Shown piece after piece: positions 40,001 through 53,306 of a stretch of DNA of 64,000 nt (the first letter of the stretch is position 1; each line of letters starts with the position of its first letter). The DNA lies in assembly GCA_043228905.1 (NCBI GenBank), contig JBHGNT010000008.1, positions 21,948,001 through 22,012,000 of the forward strand, in the 5' to 3' direction. A model generated the notes under the pieces. That model saw nothing but the letters and a program-made list of their open reading frames with translations, did not search any database and was not told where the DNA came from. The DNA comes from Azolla caroliniana. Lineage: Eukaryota > Plantae > Polypodiophyta. A program made the translations under genes and the position numbers.

Positions 40001-40768
40001 ATACGCCAAGAAATATGGCAAATTTACACTCGGTGTAAATGGATCACCCCACTAGAGCCACTCCCATCTAAAATGTCGTACTATAAGAAACACTTCATGC
40101 ACTTCTCTGAGTTAGGTTTTATCACGCGGCCAAAATATCTAGATGTATTCTTACCACATGCACTAAGGGTTGCCATTGGACAACTTAGAATATCATCTCA
40201 CCAACTTGAGATTGAAAATGGCCGTACTAGTGGAGTCCCTAGGGAGGAAAGGATATGTAGGTTATGTCACATAGAGATAGAGGATGAGTACCACTTTACA
40301 TGCAAGTGACCAACCTATGCCGAGATAAGGGCAAAACACCAAGACATACTTGGTCCGTCTCCCACCATCCCCAAACTATTAGATACTCTAGATATAAAGA
40401 AATTAGGCAAATACATTCTAGAGCTAAAACAACACAGAGAGAATAAATTACAAAATGTTGACAATAATGTTGCTAATGATCACGAACATGTAACAAATGC
40501 AGTTTTTCAGGAACCTGAGGAGACAACGAATGCCGACACACTTGCACCACTCGGCCTTTCCATTGATGAGGCAGAAAACCAGAGAAGAACCAGACGTCCT
40601 CGGGTGCCGGGTTTCAAAGCAACTCGACGTGATGTGGAAGCAATATTGAAAATAAGGGAACGTGAGCTACACCGCCTAGAAGCCATGGCTAGGGCACTCT
40701 CTACATTGGAACCCACATCAAGACCCTTTGACCCCCCACTTCTTTTCGAGAGGCTTGGGTGGAAATAA
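37031..40768 (+). pseudogene. LINE-A ORF2 (APE endonuclease, RT, zinc finger) in one frame with three premature TGA stops (37739, 38264, 40307)
   Basis: WNCNG, LVETH, SGGVAI, GDFNART, STIDY, ADH; QAGFR, DFRKAFD, GVKQGCPLSP, LYADD, YLG; RICRLC...EDEYHF. Confidence 0.92.
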
Positions 40769-41508
40769 AATTAGGCTTAGTGTATAGTCACTTTCGAGTA
40801 TACTACATATTGTACACTACTAGAACTCTTTTAGTTTAAGTTCTATTTTTTTACTTAATTTTATTTTAGTTATGATGACTGGATAAATACTCTATTGTTG
40901 TAAACCAATTGTCTCATGGGCCAAATTTGGCCTTAGAAGACGTTAATACATCTTTCTTTCTTTCTTTCTCTCTTTTGAGTAAAAGCACACAATTATATTA
41001 ATTGTATATAAAATCCACTTAAGTCTCCTCTACCTATCATACATGCCTATGTAGGGAGAGGGACATCTTGTAATGCCATTAAAAAACTTGAATATGCATT
41101 TGGGGAAATGATCCCCGCATGCTCTAACATTGAAAAATTCCACATGAGAATACCTTTCAACTTCTTTATATAGGCTTTCACCTCATGTCTATTATCAAAC
41201 ATGAAAGCATTACGCATATTCCAATTGTGTTGTAGTCCCCAATAATGTCTCTCTCTTTCTCTCTCACTCTTTTTTTTTTTAATCATAATTAGCTTACCCT
41301 AGTGATAAGTCGATAACACTAGAAGCACTATGTCTTGGCCTTGTCTTGGGTTCGAAACCCAATTTCCCCACCTCTCTATTATATACTTCATATATATCTC
41401 TATTTCACTAGATGCCACTGTGGAATGTAGGGGTTGAGCTACATCCATTTGGGCTCTCTCTCTCTCTTTCCATTTCTTAAATCTTACATGGTATCAAAGC
41501 GGTGAAGG

Positions 41509-44500
41509 ACTCCAACCCCACCAAGAATTTTTCCGTGGTGTCAATAACGAACGTGTGAATTAAAGAAACAATATTCGACCATGTCAAAAGTTGAAGCGAT
41601 AACGAATGTGGCAGCAAATGCCACCCCAGTATTGTCTCACACTTATCAAATTGAAAATTTGAATGATAAAAACTATCAACCATGGCATACGACCATGAAA
41701 ATTATATTAGAACAATATAACTTGGTAAATATCGTCGATGGAATTGACGTGTGCCCCAACATTCATGTCCCCACAAATGCACTTGACGTGCAAACGTGGA
41801 AGCGACGTAATTTAAACGCTCACTTAGATATTCTCCTTCATACTTAAGCAAAGTGTGAGAACCTTGACTACCTCCAAACAAATATGGGATAGATTAGAGG
41901 CTGATTAGCTCCATATGGACGTTACATCCCAAGTTGCCAATTTAAAAACTTTAACAAATATGAATATGAATGAAAATAATGATGTTGACACGTTTGTCAA
42001 AAATTGGAGACTTTGACTTGATGATGTGATCCTTTCGGGACTTAGTTTGCCAAGTTCCGTTTAATCCACCCTCTTGTTAGTTGCCCTACCCACATCATGG
42101 CAACCATTTATAAGTACAAAATCCACATCAACCAACATTAGTGTCCCAACATTAGTGACATCAATCTCACAAGAAAACATACTTCGTAGGGCAATAAATC
42201 AACCCTCCTCATCTCACACTGCACTTTATATTAAACATCCAAATTACAATAAAAAATCTTATAATAAACCTAGATCAACATACGAACCTAATAACTCCAA
42301 ATTTTATTCATGAACCTCCAAATTTAATGATTCAAGGGATCATAACAAATGTAGGTTCCTTAGATCCTTTTGCAAAACTTGTTAAAGGAGTGGACATGAA
42401 ACGAAATATTGTTATAGGAATTCTAACAACAACGGGAAAAGAACATATAAAGAAGACCAATCTTACAATGCATCACATTATGACTACGATCAAAATAATG
42501 ACATATGTCATAGTGACCAAAATTCCGATGAGGACAATGAAGATTCTTTCATTGCCTTCATGGATCTCACTTCATTTAACAACTCTCCCACTTCAATGTG
42601 GATTCTTGATATAGGTGCCACATGTCACCTCACCTAAAGGGTTGAATGGCTCAAAGACTATAAGGTCTTAGAACATCCTTTCCTGGTGAGATTTGGGAAC
42701 AATGGGGTTGAATACGCCCTTCGACATGGGATTGCCCATCTTGAACTTTCTGATGGGAACTTCGTTGAAGTCAATGAAGTTTATTATATACCTAACATAG
42801 CAAAAAACTTGATATTTGTTAATAAACTCACAAATGATAATACATCCGTTGAGTTCTACCACAAATATTGTATCATTCGTCATAAGACACCCCCTGGTCC
42901 AAGTTATGTCGTTAATTGTCCAAGACAAGGATGTCTTTACCTTTTAGGCCACTCTGTGGTACCTACTAAAGAAGCACACCACATAGATGATTCAAACACA
43001 TCAAACTATGTGACTTTACTATGACACTATCGGCAATTGGTTTTACTCTTCCTCGTAAATCAAAACTATCCCTTTGCGAAGGGTGTATATTTGGAAAACT
43101 CTCTAACTCGCCATTTCCATCCCATCCAACAATGACCACTAAACCCCTCCAACTAGTACACACGGATATATGTGGTCCTTTGTCTACCCCATCCCTATCT
43201 GGAAATGCATATTTCCTAACATTTATCGATGACTTTACTCGTTTCACAATGGTCACATTTCTAAAGACAAAATGTAATGATCAAATCCTTGAGAAATTCA
43301 AAGCCTAGAGTAACAAATCAACAAGATTTACCCCTTAAAGTACTCCAATCAAATAATGGTGGAGGATTCAAGTCCCAAAACTTCCAAACTTATTCCTAGA
43401 ACCATGGGATTCAACAATAGTTTACCATTCCATATACACCTCAACACAATTCAAGGGCTGAATGATGAAATTGGTTGTATATGGATGCCACTTGTTGCAT
43501 GCTCGCCGTTGCAATCCTTCCCCAAACATATTGGGACAAGGTTGTTTCAACTGCTTGTTATATATTCAATAGAACATATAGTAGATAATTTAGGACAACT
43601 CCATTTTCCTTGTGGTTTGGAAAAAATCCAAATTATGAAAATCAAAGAATCATTGGATGTCCATCATATGCACTCGTACCCTTAGAAAGTCGATCAAAAT
43701 AATTTAGATAATCATGTTGTTCGCACAATATTTGTTGGGTATGGCGAACCTCATGGCTATAAGGGTTATCGATTATACGACCCAAAATCCAAAAGATTTA
43801 TATTTAGTCGACAAGTGATATTTGATGAAGATAAAATGATATCTAATCCTCACCTACACCATGGATATAAAAAGATACAAGGCGTGAATACCATGTCTAA
43901 CACTGAATCTAATAAAGAAGTAATATTATCACCTACTAATTCTTGGCGGGCTCCGCCAGTATCCTTGGAAATTCAACAAGTCACACTTGACCATATGCCA
44001 ATTAACCCTCCTCCACTAATGCCCTCATCTCTAGAGGCCCGCCCACAAGTTTCAGCTTCAACCAATGACTCTTAGACTAACTTATTGCCTCTAATAACCA
44101 AACAATCACAACAAACTGATGTACATACTCCAATTTTAAACACTAATCCTACATAAACTAGAAAGAGCCTTAATAATCACCTTAATATTCATAAGGAAAA
44201 ACCTTTAGATGAAATACAACTAACTCGACTATTCATGTTCCCATCCTAGTAAAAATCTCCTTATCCCATTACGACGATCCTCACGCCTTAATGGCAAGGA
44301 GAAAACCATTGGTCAGAAGGATGCAAAAGTAATTAAAATAGGATGTAGAAATACTTCATGTGAACCACTAATAACCAGCATGTAGAACATACAAATGGTT
44401 CTGACATTTCGAAATCACCTAGTACACTTAGCCCTACATCCACTCCAAAGAAAGTTCGTACTATTCAAGATCTCTATGATCACACGAAAAAAAATAGATG

Positions 44501-45810
44501 CCCTTGTTGCGGACCGTCAATTTGAAACTGAGTTTGCATTTTTGGCACTTGGTTCCCCCTCAACCACATCATACGTTTCTGATGATCCCTTAACTATCAA
44601 TGAGGCATTGCAAAGTTCAGATCGTGTTGAATGGCAAGCTACCATGGAAAAAGAACTTGAATCTCTTGATGCCAACAAAACGTGGACTCTAATACCACTC
44701 CCAATAGGACGCTCACCTATTTCATGCAAATAGGTGTTGAAGAGAAAACTAAACCCGGATGGTACCATTGCACGTTACAAAGCTCGACTTGTAGCTTGTG
44801 GTTTCTCTCAAGTCGAAGGACTTGACTATTTTGAGGCATTCTCACCCGTTCTCCGCACGGCATCATTTCAACTCCTAATAGCTTTGGCCACCATTCTTGA
44901 CCTCGAGGTACATCATTTGGATGTACACATGGCATTTCTAAATGGTGATTTACTAGAAGAAATCTACATGTCCAACCTCCTAGGTTTGAGTCACACTCTC
45001 AACCAAACTATGTTTGTCGGCTACATCAATCACTTTATGGACTCAAACAATCTCCTAGATTATGGTTTCAAAACTTTAACAATTTTATGCTCTCACATGG
45101 CTATTCTAGATTGTTATCAGAACCAAATATATACATTAGACATAATCATACATCTAATCAGTTCTTAGTGGTAGCACTATATGTGGATGACATTCCTATA
45201 GTTGGAACACCATCTAAAATTACTCAAGCAAAGCTAGAACTTTCCAAAGCATTTTCAATAACAGATTTAGGTCCCCTATCTTATTTCCTAGGCATACAAG
45301 TTACGTGTAATCGTATTATGGGCACTTTGATCATTCATCAAAATAAATTCATTAATGAAATTTTGAAATCCTTTGGGATGCTAAACATTAAACCTTGCAC
45401 TACTCCCTTATCACTAACATGTAACTTAAGTATATCCGATGGTCCAACCACAAACAAAGATATTAATTTTATGAAGCAATTCCTTTTAAACAATTAATAG
45501 GAAAACTTCAATATTTAGTCACAGGAACTCATCCCGACCTTTGTTTTGCAATTAATTATCTTACACGCTTTATGCATAACCTCGGACTTATGCATTGGAA
45601 ATCACTTCAACGAGTTATGTGATATCTAAAACACACATCTAACTAAGGATTAACATATAAACGATCCCAATCCGAAAGACCAATCAAATCACTCGTTAGT
45701 TGGTCTGATTCGGATTTGGGGGGGGGGGACGTTGATTCTCAAAGATCTACTGTTGGTTTGTCTTTTATAATGGTAGGAGCAACAGTGACGTGGCAATTGA
45801 TGCAAACTCA
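41509..45810 (+). mobile_element. Decayed Ty1/Copia internal region (PBS, gag, protease, integrase, RT; truncated in RNase H)
   Basis: PBS tggtatcaaagc at 41509. Motifs LNDKNYQPW, WILDIGA, CEGCIFGK, LVHTDICGP, YKARLVACGFSQ and LYVDDI, with many stops and frameshifts. Confidence 0.9.
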
Positions 45811-45959
45811 AGACTTGTGTGTTCAAACACACACCCCTTGAATGCCCCTGCTCTCCCTTGAAGGCTCGCAAACCCCCTCACATTTACTTGCCTGCATGGC
45901 CTCTTGATGGCCCCTGCACATGTTCATTTCTCCACCTTTGTTTCACACACACACACACA

Positions 45960-46021
<62 letters not shown>

Positions 46022-46029
46022 CGTAAATG

Positions 46030-47389
46030 TATGTTTATATTAAAACAACATGATAATACAAAAAAACCTTGCTATCAAAACTACGTCAAAGGTAGCGATG
46101 TGGCAAGGGCAACTTTCTAAGGTGTTGCAATACAAAGCGACACAAATGTAACTCATTTGGGGACAAAGTTCCCACACAACATAATTGGGAAAATTGCCAA
46201 ATCAACTCTTCTTATCCTACATATCTGTTGAGATACTCCAGAAAGCCCATCAAATAAGAAACCATTCCGCAAGTTCCAAATATACCACATGTCCGAGTAC
46301 CGCAAATAATCAAACACAAAGTTATACTCTAGGGATGGTAAAACTCTATCACCTTCAATGAAAATCCATTGAAAAGGTGACAAAACATTTCCAGTTAATG
46401 ACCCCCACAGTTGTGATATACCTATCCATATACTTTTAGTAACAGGGCAAGATATAAACCGTTGTACAAAAGACACATGTACCACTACCAATGTGTCTTC
46501 ATTTTAAAGCCCTAGCCAAAGGTAACCCACCAACCATAGCACGCCAAAGAAACACCTTTGCATGGAAAGGAAGATGAGACTTCCATCCTGCATCTAAAAC
46601 TCTAACACACCATTCACATCCACGGATAATGTGCCATGTATCCAAAACCTTCCTCTGTACCCAAACTCTATCCTTAACCAACTTATGGTAAACATCATTT
46701 GTGTTCACTGCAAAGAATGATTTCTTGTTATTAAAAAACCAATCTCTCCACGGTTCCACCACCACCAATTATGGAATCGGTGATGATAAAATAGGCAATT
46801 GTACTATTGTTTGCCAAATCTGACCATATCCAGGAGGTATATGAAATCTATTTCTCATAGTTCGAAAAGCCATCATCTGCCTCTGTGACTCTAAAATACC
46901 ATCCTCCACAGTTACCAAACCTAGTTTTGCCATTCTATTAAACTTTGACTTTAAACTATCTTTTCCATCCCATTGTAATAATCTTGACGATGTTATCACC
47001 TATGCTGGCAACGAGTTGCAATCTTTTCTACAATCAGGTGGTTTCCAATTGAACAACTTCAAACTTTTTTGCCAAGAGACCACTAAATGTTGAACAATAG
47101 TAGATGTTGAACATCTAAATGATCGAGTGTTGTTAATAACATGCCACCATGAAGTTCTAATTTTTGTTTTACCATGTTGTATCCCCACTTTCTCCACAAA
47201 ATAACAAATTATCTCTACCCATGGTTGAGAACCTAAACACATCTCTTTCAAGAGACCAAACCTTCGAGCAACCAGATGATCTTCCGAATTGAGTAAACCG
47301 GCTCCTCCTAAATGTTTCGGGGTACATATATGAAGCCATGAAACCCTACTGATACCAATGTTGTACTCTTTCTTCCATAACGTACACAT
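46030..47389 (-). mobile_element. L1/Tx1-type LINE 3' fragment (post-RT and zf-RVT region)
   Basis: VSWLHICTPKHLGGAGL, WKSHLPFHAKVFLWRAMVGGLPL, RFISCP..KSIW, WYIWNLRNGFLF. Flanked by (CT)n on both sides. Confidence 0.8.
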
Positions 47390-48643
47390 CTCTCTCTCTA
47401 TGCTCGTTTGAATCCAGCCATTGTTTTCTACATTCTATAGCTCGTTGGAAAGCCCTTTTAGAGAGCTATCTAAGGAATACCGAATTCTGTTACCATGGAG
47501 AAAAGTTATGAGCATTTTCGTCTCCATCCATCTTTGCCCCATGGTTCCTCAAATACAAGGTAGATTTTGAAGCCCTAAATCGAGTGAACAATACATTCTC
47601 CCTCCCTCCCTCCCTCCCTCCCTCTCGCTCTTCCCGTAGGGTTTGGTCCTACAATGGCAAACACTCGTAAAGCCGCCACAAAGTTCGGGATTATGATTGA
47701 TAATGAGTCGAGATCACCAACAAATCTTGATTCCAATGCAATAGACAAAATGCTTATGAGTCACTTGATTTTTCTTCAAGAAATCATAAACAAGCAAGGT
47801 GAAGAGATTAGGACGTTAATGAAAGAGAACTAAGCTCCAAATTGTTGTCATTGAGAATGAAAGTCTTAAGAAAGTGGTTGCAAAACTTGAAGATAAGATT
47901 CAAGAAAGATTCTTTCGAAACAAATGAGCACCTTAACAAGATTGAGTTAAAGGAAGCATTAAAAGAAGAAAAATTGGATACAATGAGGCGGGATGTAACT
48001 TGTAAGTGAGATGAAAAATGTATGTACAACGAAGTCATAGGTCGATGTATGTGGCGGGGATGTGGTATCAAACACATCTAATATGCATGTGATGCATCAA
48101 GAGAAGAATATAGAAAGCATAGATGTTCGAGAATTGAAAGAACGTGAACGACGATCAAAGAACATTGTCATCCATGGGATTAAAGAGGAGAGTATGGAAA
48201 CACCCGCATCCCTTAGAAAGGCCATTGGTGAATTTTTTAGCGTGCATTATGGGATGTCGAATGTGAATGTATATGGGGCACAATGACTTGGGAAACATGG
48301 TGTTACTCGCTCTTGAGAAAGGCCTATTGTATGCACAATGACGGAAGATACAAAGTCTTCGATCATACTCGAAAATAGTTGGGTATACCTCAAAGGTATG
48401 CAATGCTTTGTGAGTGAAGATCATACTATCTCACAACCAAATGCCCGTCGTAAAGCATATGAAGAAAGTTTGAAAAATAAGGTTAAGGATGTCCCTAAAG
48501 ATGGAAATGTAGGCAAATAGGGACACGTGACCTATGAGACTAACCCACGTCTTTTACGACTATGCTTTTGGAATTGCAATGGATACCCATGGAATGTGGG
48601 ATTTGGCATAGAGGAGTTCACCGATGACTCAGATATCACATGT

Positions 48644-49291
48644 TGTCGTGAAGATCCGTCACTACGCGCGGATCGTGAGGCGGAACCGCCGGGGTTCTGG
48701 ATCGGAAGGATTCGAAGTTGCACTAACTTTCACGAGAAAGGATTTAAGGTAGATTGAGAGAGAGAGATTGAGATAAGATAGAAGTCTTGACTTTAGATTG
48801 AGAGAGAGGTTAAGATTGAACTCTTGATTTTAGATTTGAAGAACAAGATTAATACATCAATTGGATAACGAAATTTCTTCTTAATATTAAAATTTGATAT
48901 AAAGTACAAAGCTCTTTATAAAAAAAATTCATTAGTCCCTCTCATTTTTTTCCCCTCCTCTTTTATAGATCCCCTCATGCATTTGCAAACTTCCTACCCA
49001 CACAACTGCTTATATAGCTGGGCCTAAACTTTTCTTTTCTATGTGGGATATTTCACAGTTTTATTTTTCTCTTTTCCTTTGCAAACTTCCTACCCACATA
49101 ACTTGAGACTTAGATGTCCGTTTCTTATGTAGTAAGGTGCATTCGAAAGCTCTTGCAGACCTCCATCTTTTTGTACTAAGATATTAAACATATTTAAAAT
49201 AATATTTTCACTATTATTGTTTTATATGATTCATACTCGATTTCGTATGTTTTATGCGATTTTCACACCATTGCCGAAAATCTTCACGACA
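48644..49291 (-). mobile_element. Gypsy-type solo LTR inserted in the LINE-B endonuclease
   Basis: Termini TGTCGTGAAGA...TCTTCACGACA with a 4-bp TSD (atgt/acgt). Removing it restores DITCLVETWE. Confidence 0.85.
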
Positions 49292-50042
49292 ACGTCTTGT
49301 TGAAACATGGGAGCATGATACTCAAAGGATTCAAGGTTTAGGAAACTATGATGTACACTCTTTGATATAGGAGAAAAATTCAAGACAAAGAAGAGGACAA
49401 GGAGGGGTGGCATGTTTGATTAAAAAGGAAATAGAGAAATATGTGTCAATCATAAAAAATGATGAACATAAATGCTACATATGGCTCAAAATAGAAACGC
49501 CTAATGATTTGCCCACTTTTATAATTGGATGTTACATTCCTCATCAAGATTCTAACTTCTATGTTTGTTTGGATAAAGATCAATCTTTTACTAATCTAGA
49601 GGATAATATTGCTTATTTCAAATCCAAAGGGGAAGTTATTGTCTTTGGTGACATGAATGCTCGTATAAGAAGTTTCCAACTTGATTCACACGAATATTTC
49701 ATGCTACATATCTCAAGGATGCAAGAGGATATGCAAATGTATAGTCGTTCTTCTACAGATGAAAAATATCCAGACCAATTTGGGAAGTTACTCCTACAAA
49801 TGTGCAATAGTACTGGATTTCTTATTGCAAATGGTGTTTCCTTATGGCCCAACACTAATGGTTTTACATGTAGAAAACACAACGGAAATAGTGTGATTGA
49901 CTATGTGCTACTTTTTGAAGGTATTCTGGATCATATACATAAATTCTCACTTGGTGAATGGACACCTGAATCCGATCATAGGGCTTTATGTATTGATCTC
50001 AAATGTATGCATAGGTTTGATTGTGAGAAGGCCATTGAAGAT

Positions 50043-50588
50043 TGTTAAGAATTAGGTAATTAACTATGGGTTAAATAGTACCTAATTATGTGATTAAGCA
50101 ACAGAAGATTATGTGATGTGTGTGTAAGTATATGAGAGTGTGAGAGGAAGAGAGAAAAAACATTTATGAACAACATGACAAAATGGGGGATGATTAATTA
50201 TATTAAAAAGCATCATCAATTACAAAAATACCCAGAATTAGGTATACATACATCTCATGTGCAAAGGTGCACATGTGTGAGTAGAATATAGGTACAAAGG
50301 TATAAGTCGTATATTAAATGAACATGGGCGTGGAGGATCTACAATATATTCCACTCAAGTACAAAATCTTATTTAAGGCTTTAAGGTCAACACACTAACT
50401 AGATTCTATCTAGGTAACTACTAAGTTATGTGTGTTGACTAGCTAACTAAATCTAGTTGAGCTTGATATCTCAACACGCCCCCTCAAGCTCAAGTGTGAG
50501 GCATTTGACATCTGGTTTTGTATTCGGCGTTGTCCGACTTTCGATGTCGGCTTCTGTTCGGCTTTCGACATTGGCACTTTCGTGGTGG
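50043..50588 (-). mobile_element. Copia-type 3' LTR (50043-50476) plus PPT-proximal fragment, reverse orientation
   Basis: The minus strand reads ttgagggggcg|TGTTGAGATATCAAGCTC...TTAACA, and its start is similar to the LTR at 62918. Confidence 0.7.
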
Positions 50589-51608
50589 TTCTCACTTGGT
50601 GAATGGACACTAGAATCCGATCATAGGGCTTTATGTAATGATCTCAAATGTATCCATAGGTTTGATTGTGAGAAGACCATTGAAGTTAATAAACAACCAC
50701 ACTTGAGCATGAACCTTAAGCGAGCGCCTATGTATTCTAAGATGGTAGAGGATATGTTACAAATGACAAAGAAACAACATGGTGCCACACTAGAATGCAA
50801 ATGGGAAGCTTTTAAGAAAGTCATTCTCTCTTGTATAAACAAATGTTTTTCGACCAACCGCACATCTTGGAAATGCACCAAGAAATTTAAGAAAAAATTG
50901 TTTGATAAAGAATGTCATGAAGCTCGAAAGTGCCTTATGGTTTTGGATGTAGTTAATGATAAAGAAAATTACCAAAAGCATTTGCATGAGTATAAAAGGC
51001 TTATTCAAAGAAAGAGAAGAATATGGGAAGTTACTCAACAATTTCTCAAAATGCAAGAGAAAGCACATGCATGTGCTAAATTTTGGGGAAATCTAAAGGG
51101 GACACGCTGTTGTGGAGAAAACTATCCCTAGGCGGAAACCGGGTATAATGTGCGTAAACCGGGTATAAAAGAGAGGGAGAGGTATGGTAAAAAGGAGGGG
51201 ATCACGTTTTGTGGAGGAGGAGGTGCTGCCGGACTAGAACCAAGCTCTTCTCCTCTGTCTTCTCCATAGTCGTTCTGTGCAGGTTTTCGGGAGGCTGACT
51301 CTACTCCGTGGAATGCCGAGTGCTTCCGGCAAAGTCTCCATCTCGCGTTCTGTGTGTGTGTGTGTGTGTGTGCAGGCGTCAGAGCCTATCACTCGCTGGC
51401 TTGCCGGTTGTAACTCCTTGGTTTATATATACATATACATTCGTTCTGTCTCCATTGTTCAGAGTTAGTTGCAACTCCTGCGAATATGTGTGTCTGTGCG
51501 CGTACATCGGTAGTTTCCTTCCCCTCTTCTCATTCGGTTATTTCTCGGTCCAAGGCCCTCGTGGTCCCGCCTCGTTCTCCACGCACGAGTGTAACAACAT
51601 GACATATT

Positions 51609-51626
51609 TGATGAACCCGACGTGAA
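51609..51626 (+). other. Primer binding site complementary to the tRNA-Trp 3' end
   Basis: tgatgaacccgacgtgaa versus the expected TGGTGAACCCGACGTGAA for plant cytosolic tRNA-Trp (recalled sequence; one mismatch), just after the 5' LTR. Confidence 0.75.
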
Positions 51627-52576
51627 CAGGCGGCAGAGGAATAGAAAGATGAGAGGGTCGGATCTTGCAGAAGCCATGGCTTTGGCTGTGGATCAGATAG
51701 TGAGTGCGCGCGAAGGCATAGGCACCCTCGATAGGGCTATTGAAGTAGTCGTTAGCACGATAGGCCGGTTCAGTGGGAAGGATGCCACGAGCTATTTGGA
51801 GGCTTACTGAGCCGAAATGGTGATGAGGGACATCCCGGAGGACAAGCGACTGGCCGGATTCCCTAGGGTGGCGATGTCGGGCATCCATGCGGAGGTGCTT
51901 GAGGTACGGGCTGAGAGTCGGACCTGGGAAGAGTTTGAAGGTCGGCTCCTTGAAAAATACGGGCTTGATGACGTGCTTCGGCTATTGAAGCGGGACTTCA
52001 TGGAATGGGTGGAGACCCCCGAAAAGGGGAGAAACGTGTCGGTGCTCCTTCGGGAGTTTGAAGAACGCTTCACACGTCTTTCGGCGCTGGACCGGACCGT
52101 ACTGGACACAAGTCATGTCCTATTGTTCGTTAAATCGGTGGATGTAAGGGACCGGGAGCAAGTGGGCTTCCTGCTGGAGACCGATGACGGCCTAACAACC
52201 GACTAGGCCATGGTGAAGAGAGTCTGCGGCCGTTTTGACAAACGACGTGAGTAAGTTGATAAAGGCTTGACGGGGGCGGGTTCTGTTGTGACAAGGAAGG
52301 TCGAAGTTCCCCCACCAACGCGAAGGGAAGAGACCCGAGACTGGCTCGAGACCGGCTCGACTTCGACCAACATGGTCAAAGGCTCGTCCGAAGGAGCGGC
52401 TCTGGAGGAGCTGACTAGATGGTGAGGGATCTCTAGATTGCACAAGCACGGAGGGACGACGGCGAACAAGTCCGTGACCGAAGACCTCCAGTTGGGAACC
52501 GGTGCTTGTGGTGCGACGCGGTCAGCCACGCCTGAAAGGACTACGGAAACTTCGCCGAAGCGATAAGAGCTAACAT

Positions 52577-53306
52577 TGTCGTGAAGAATTTCGGCCAGAG
52601 GCGGAAACCGGGAAATATTGGCTACATCGGCGGGGTGTACCATGTGTACTCACCCTCGTATAATTGTGTGAATAATAGGAGTTAAGTCGGGACGAAGAAT
52701 CCCATGTAAATCGGGATTTATCCCACATTGTAACGCATCCCTCTCCTTGTTCTATAAAAGGAAGGGATGGTCCCTTGTAGAAGGGTTGCCCATTTTGTAT
52801 TAGTAGGGTATACCGTTAGATGAAGAGACATTCTCTCTTCCTCTTTCTCTCTTGTTTTAGGGTTTCTTCTTCTTCTCCTCCTCGGCTTCTTCTTCGTCAC
52901 TCTATGAGTCTAGCTTGATACTTGCAAGTTCTGTATCTGCCCTATCTGCTGTGCAAGACCCTGCTCGGTACGACGAGCCCGTGAGCTCCCCGACCGACGG
53001 CTTGGCAGTAGACGATAGTTGTATCTTGTTTCTTGTAAATATACCTATGGAAGATTCTATGTTTTTGGTGTCTGTGTGGGTGTTTTAGTGTTTCCTTACT
53101 TCTGTTTCTGTACATAAGCGTGAGTGGGGTCTGCACTGTGTGTGCGTGTGTCGGCCAGGGGTGCGCGCGTGTTCTTCTCTTCCTCCCTTTTGGTTGTTTC
53201 CGACTTCTCGGAAATGGTGAATCACAACTTCCTACGCTCCATCACTCCCTAGTCCAAGACCCCCGTGGTCCCGCCCTTCTGCACGCACGCGCGAAACTTC
53301 GCGACA
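52577..53306 (+). mobile_element. Gypsy-type solo LTR nested in the gag of the Gypsy element
   Basis: Termini TGTCGTGAAG...CTTCGCGACA with a 4-bp TSD (acat/acgt). It shares the 3' motif cc.cgtggtcccgcc with the host LTR. Confidence 0.85.

Larger units (their letters stand above)
35690..40970 (+). mobile_element. Near full-length RTE-X-like LINE (LINE-A)
   Basis: (CT)n/(GTCGCC)n-rich 5' region, ORF1, ORF2 with APE, RT and a C-terminal Cys/His finger, then a 3' (TTTC)n tail at ~40951-40968. Confidence 0.9.
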
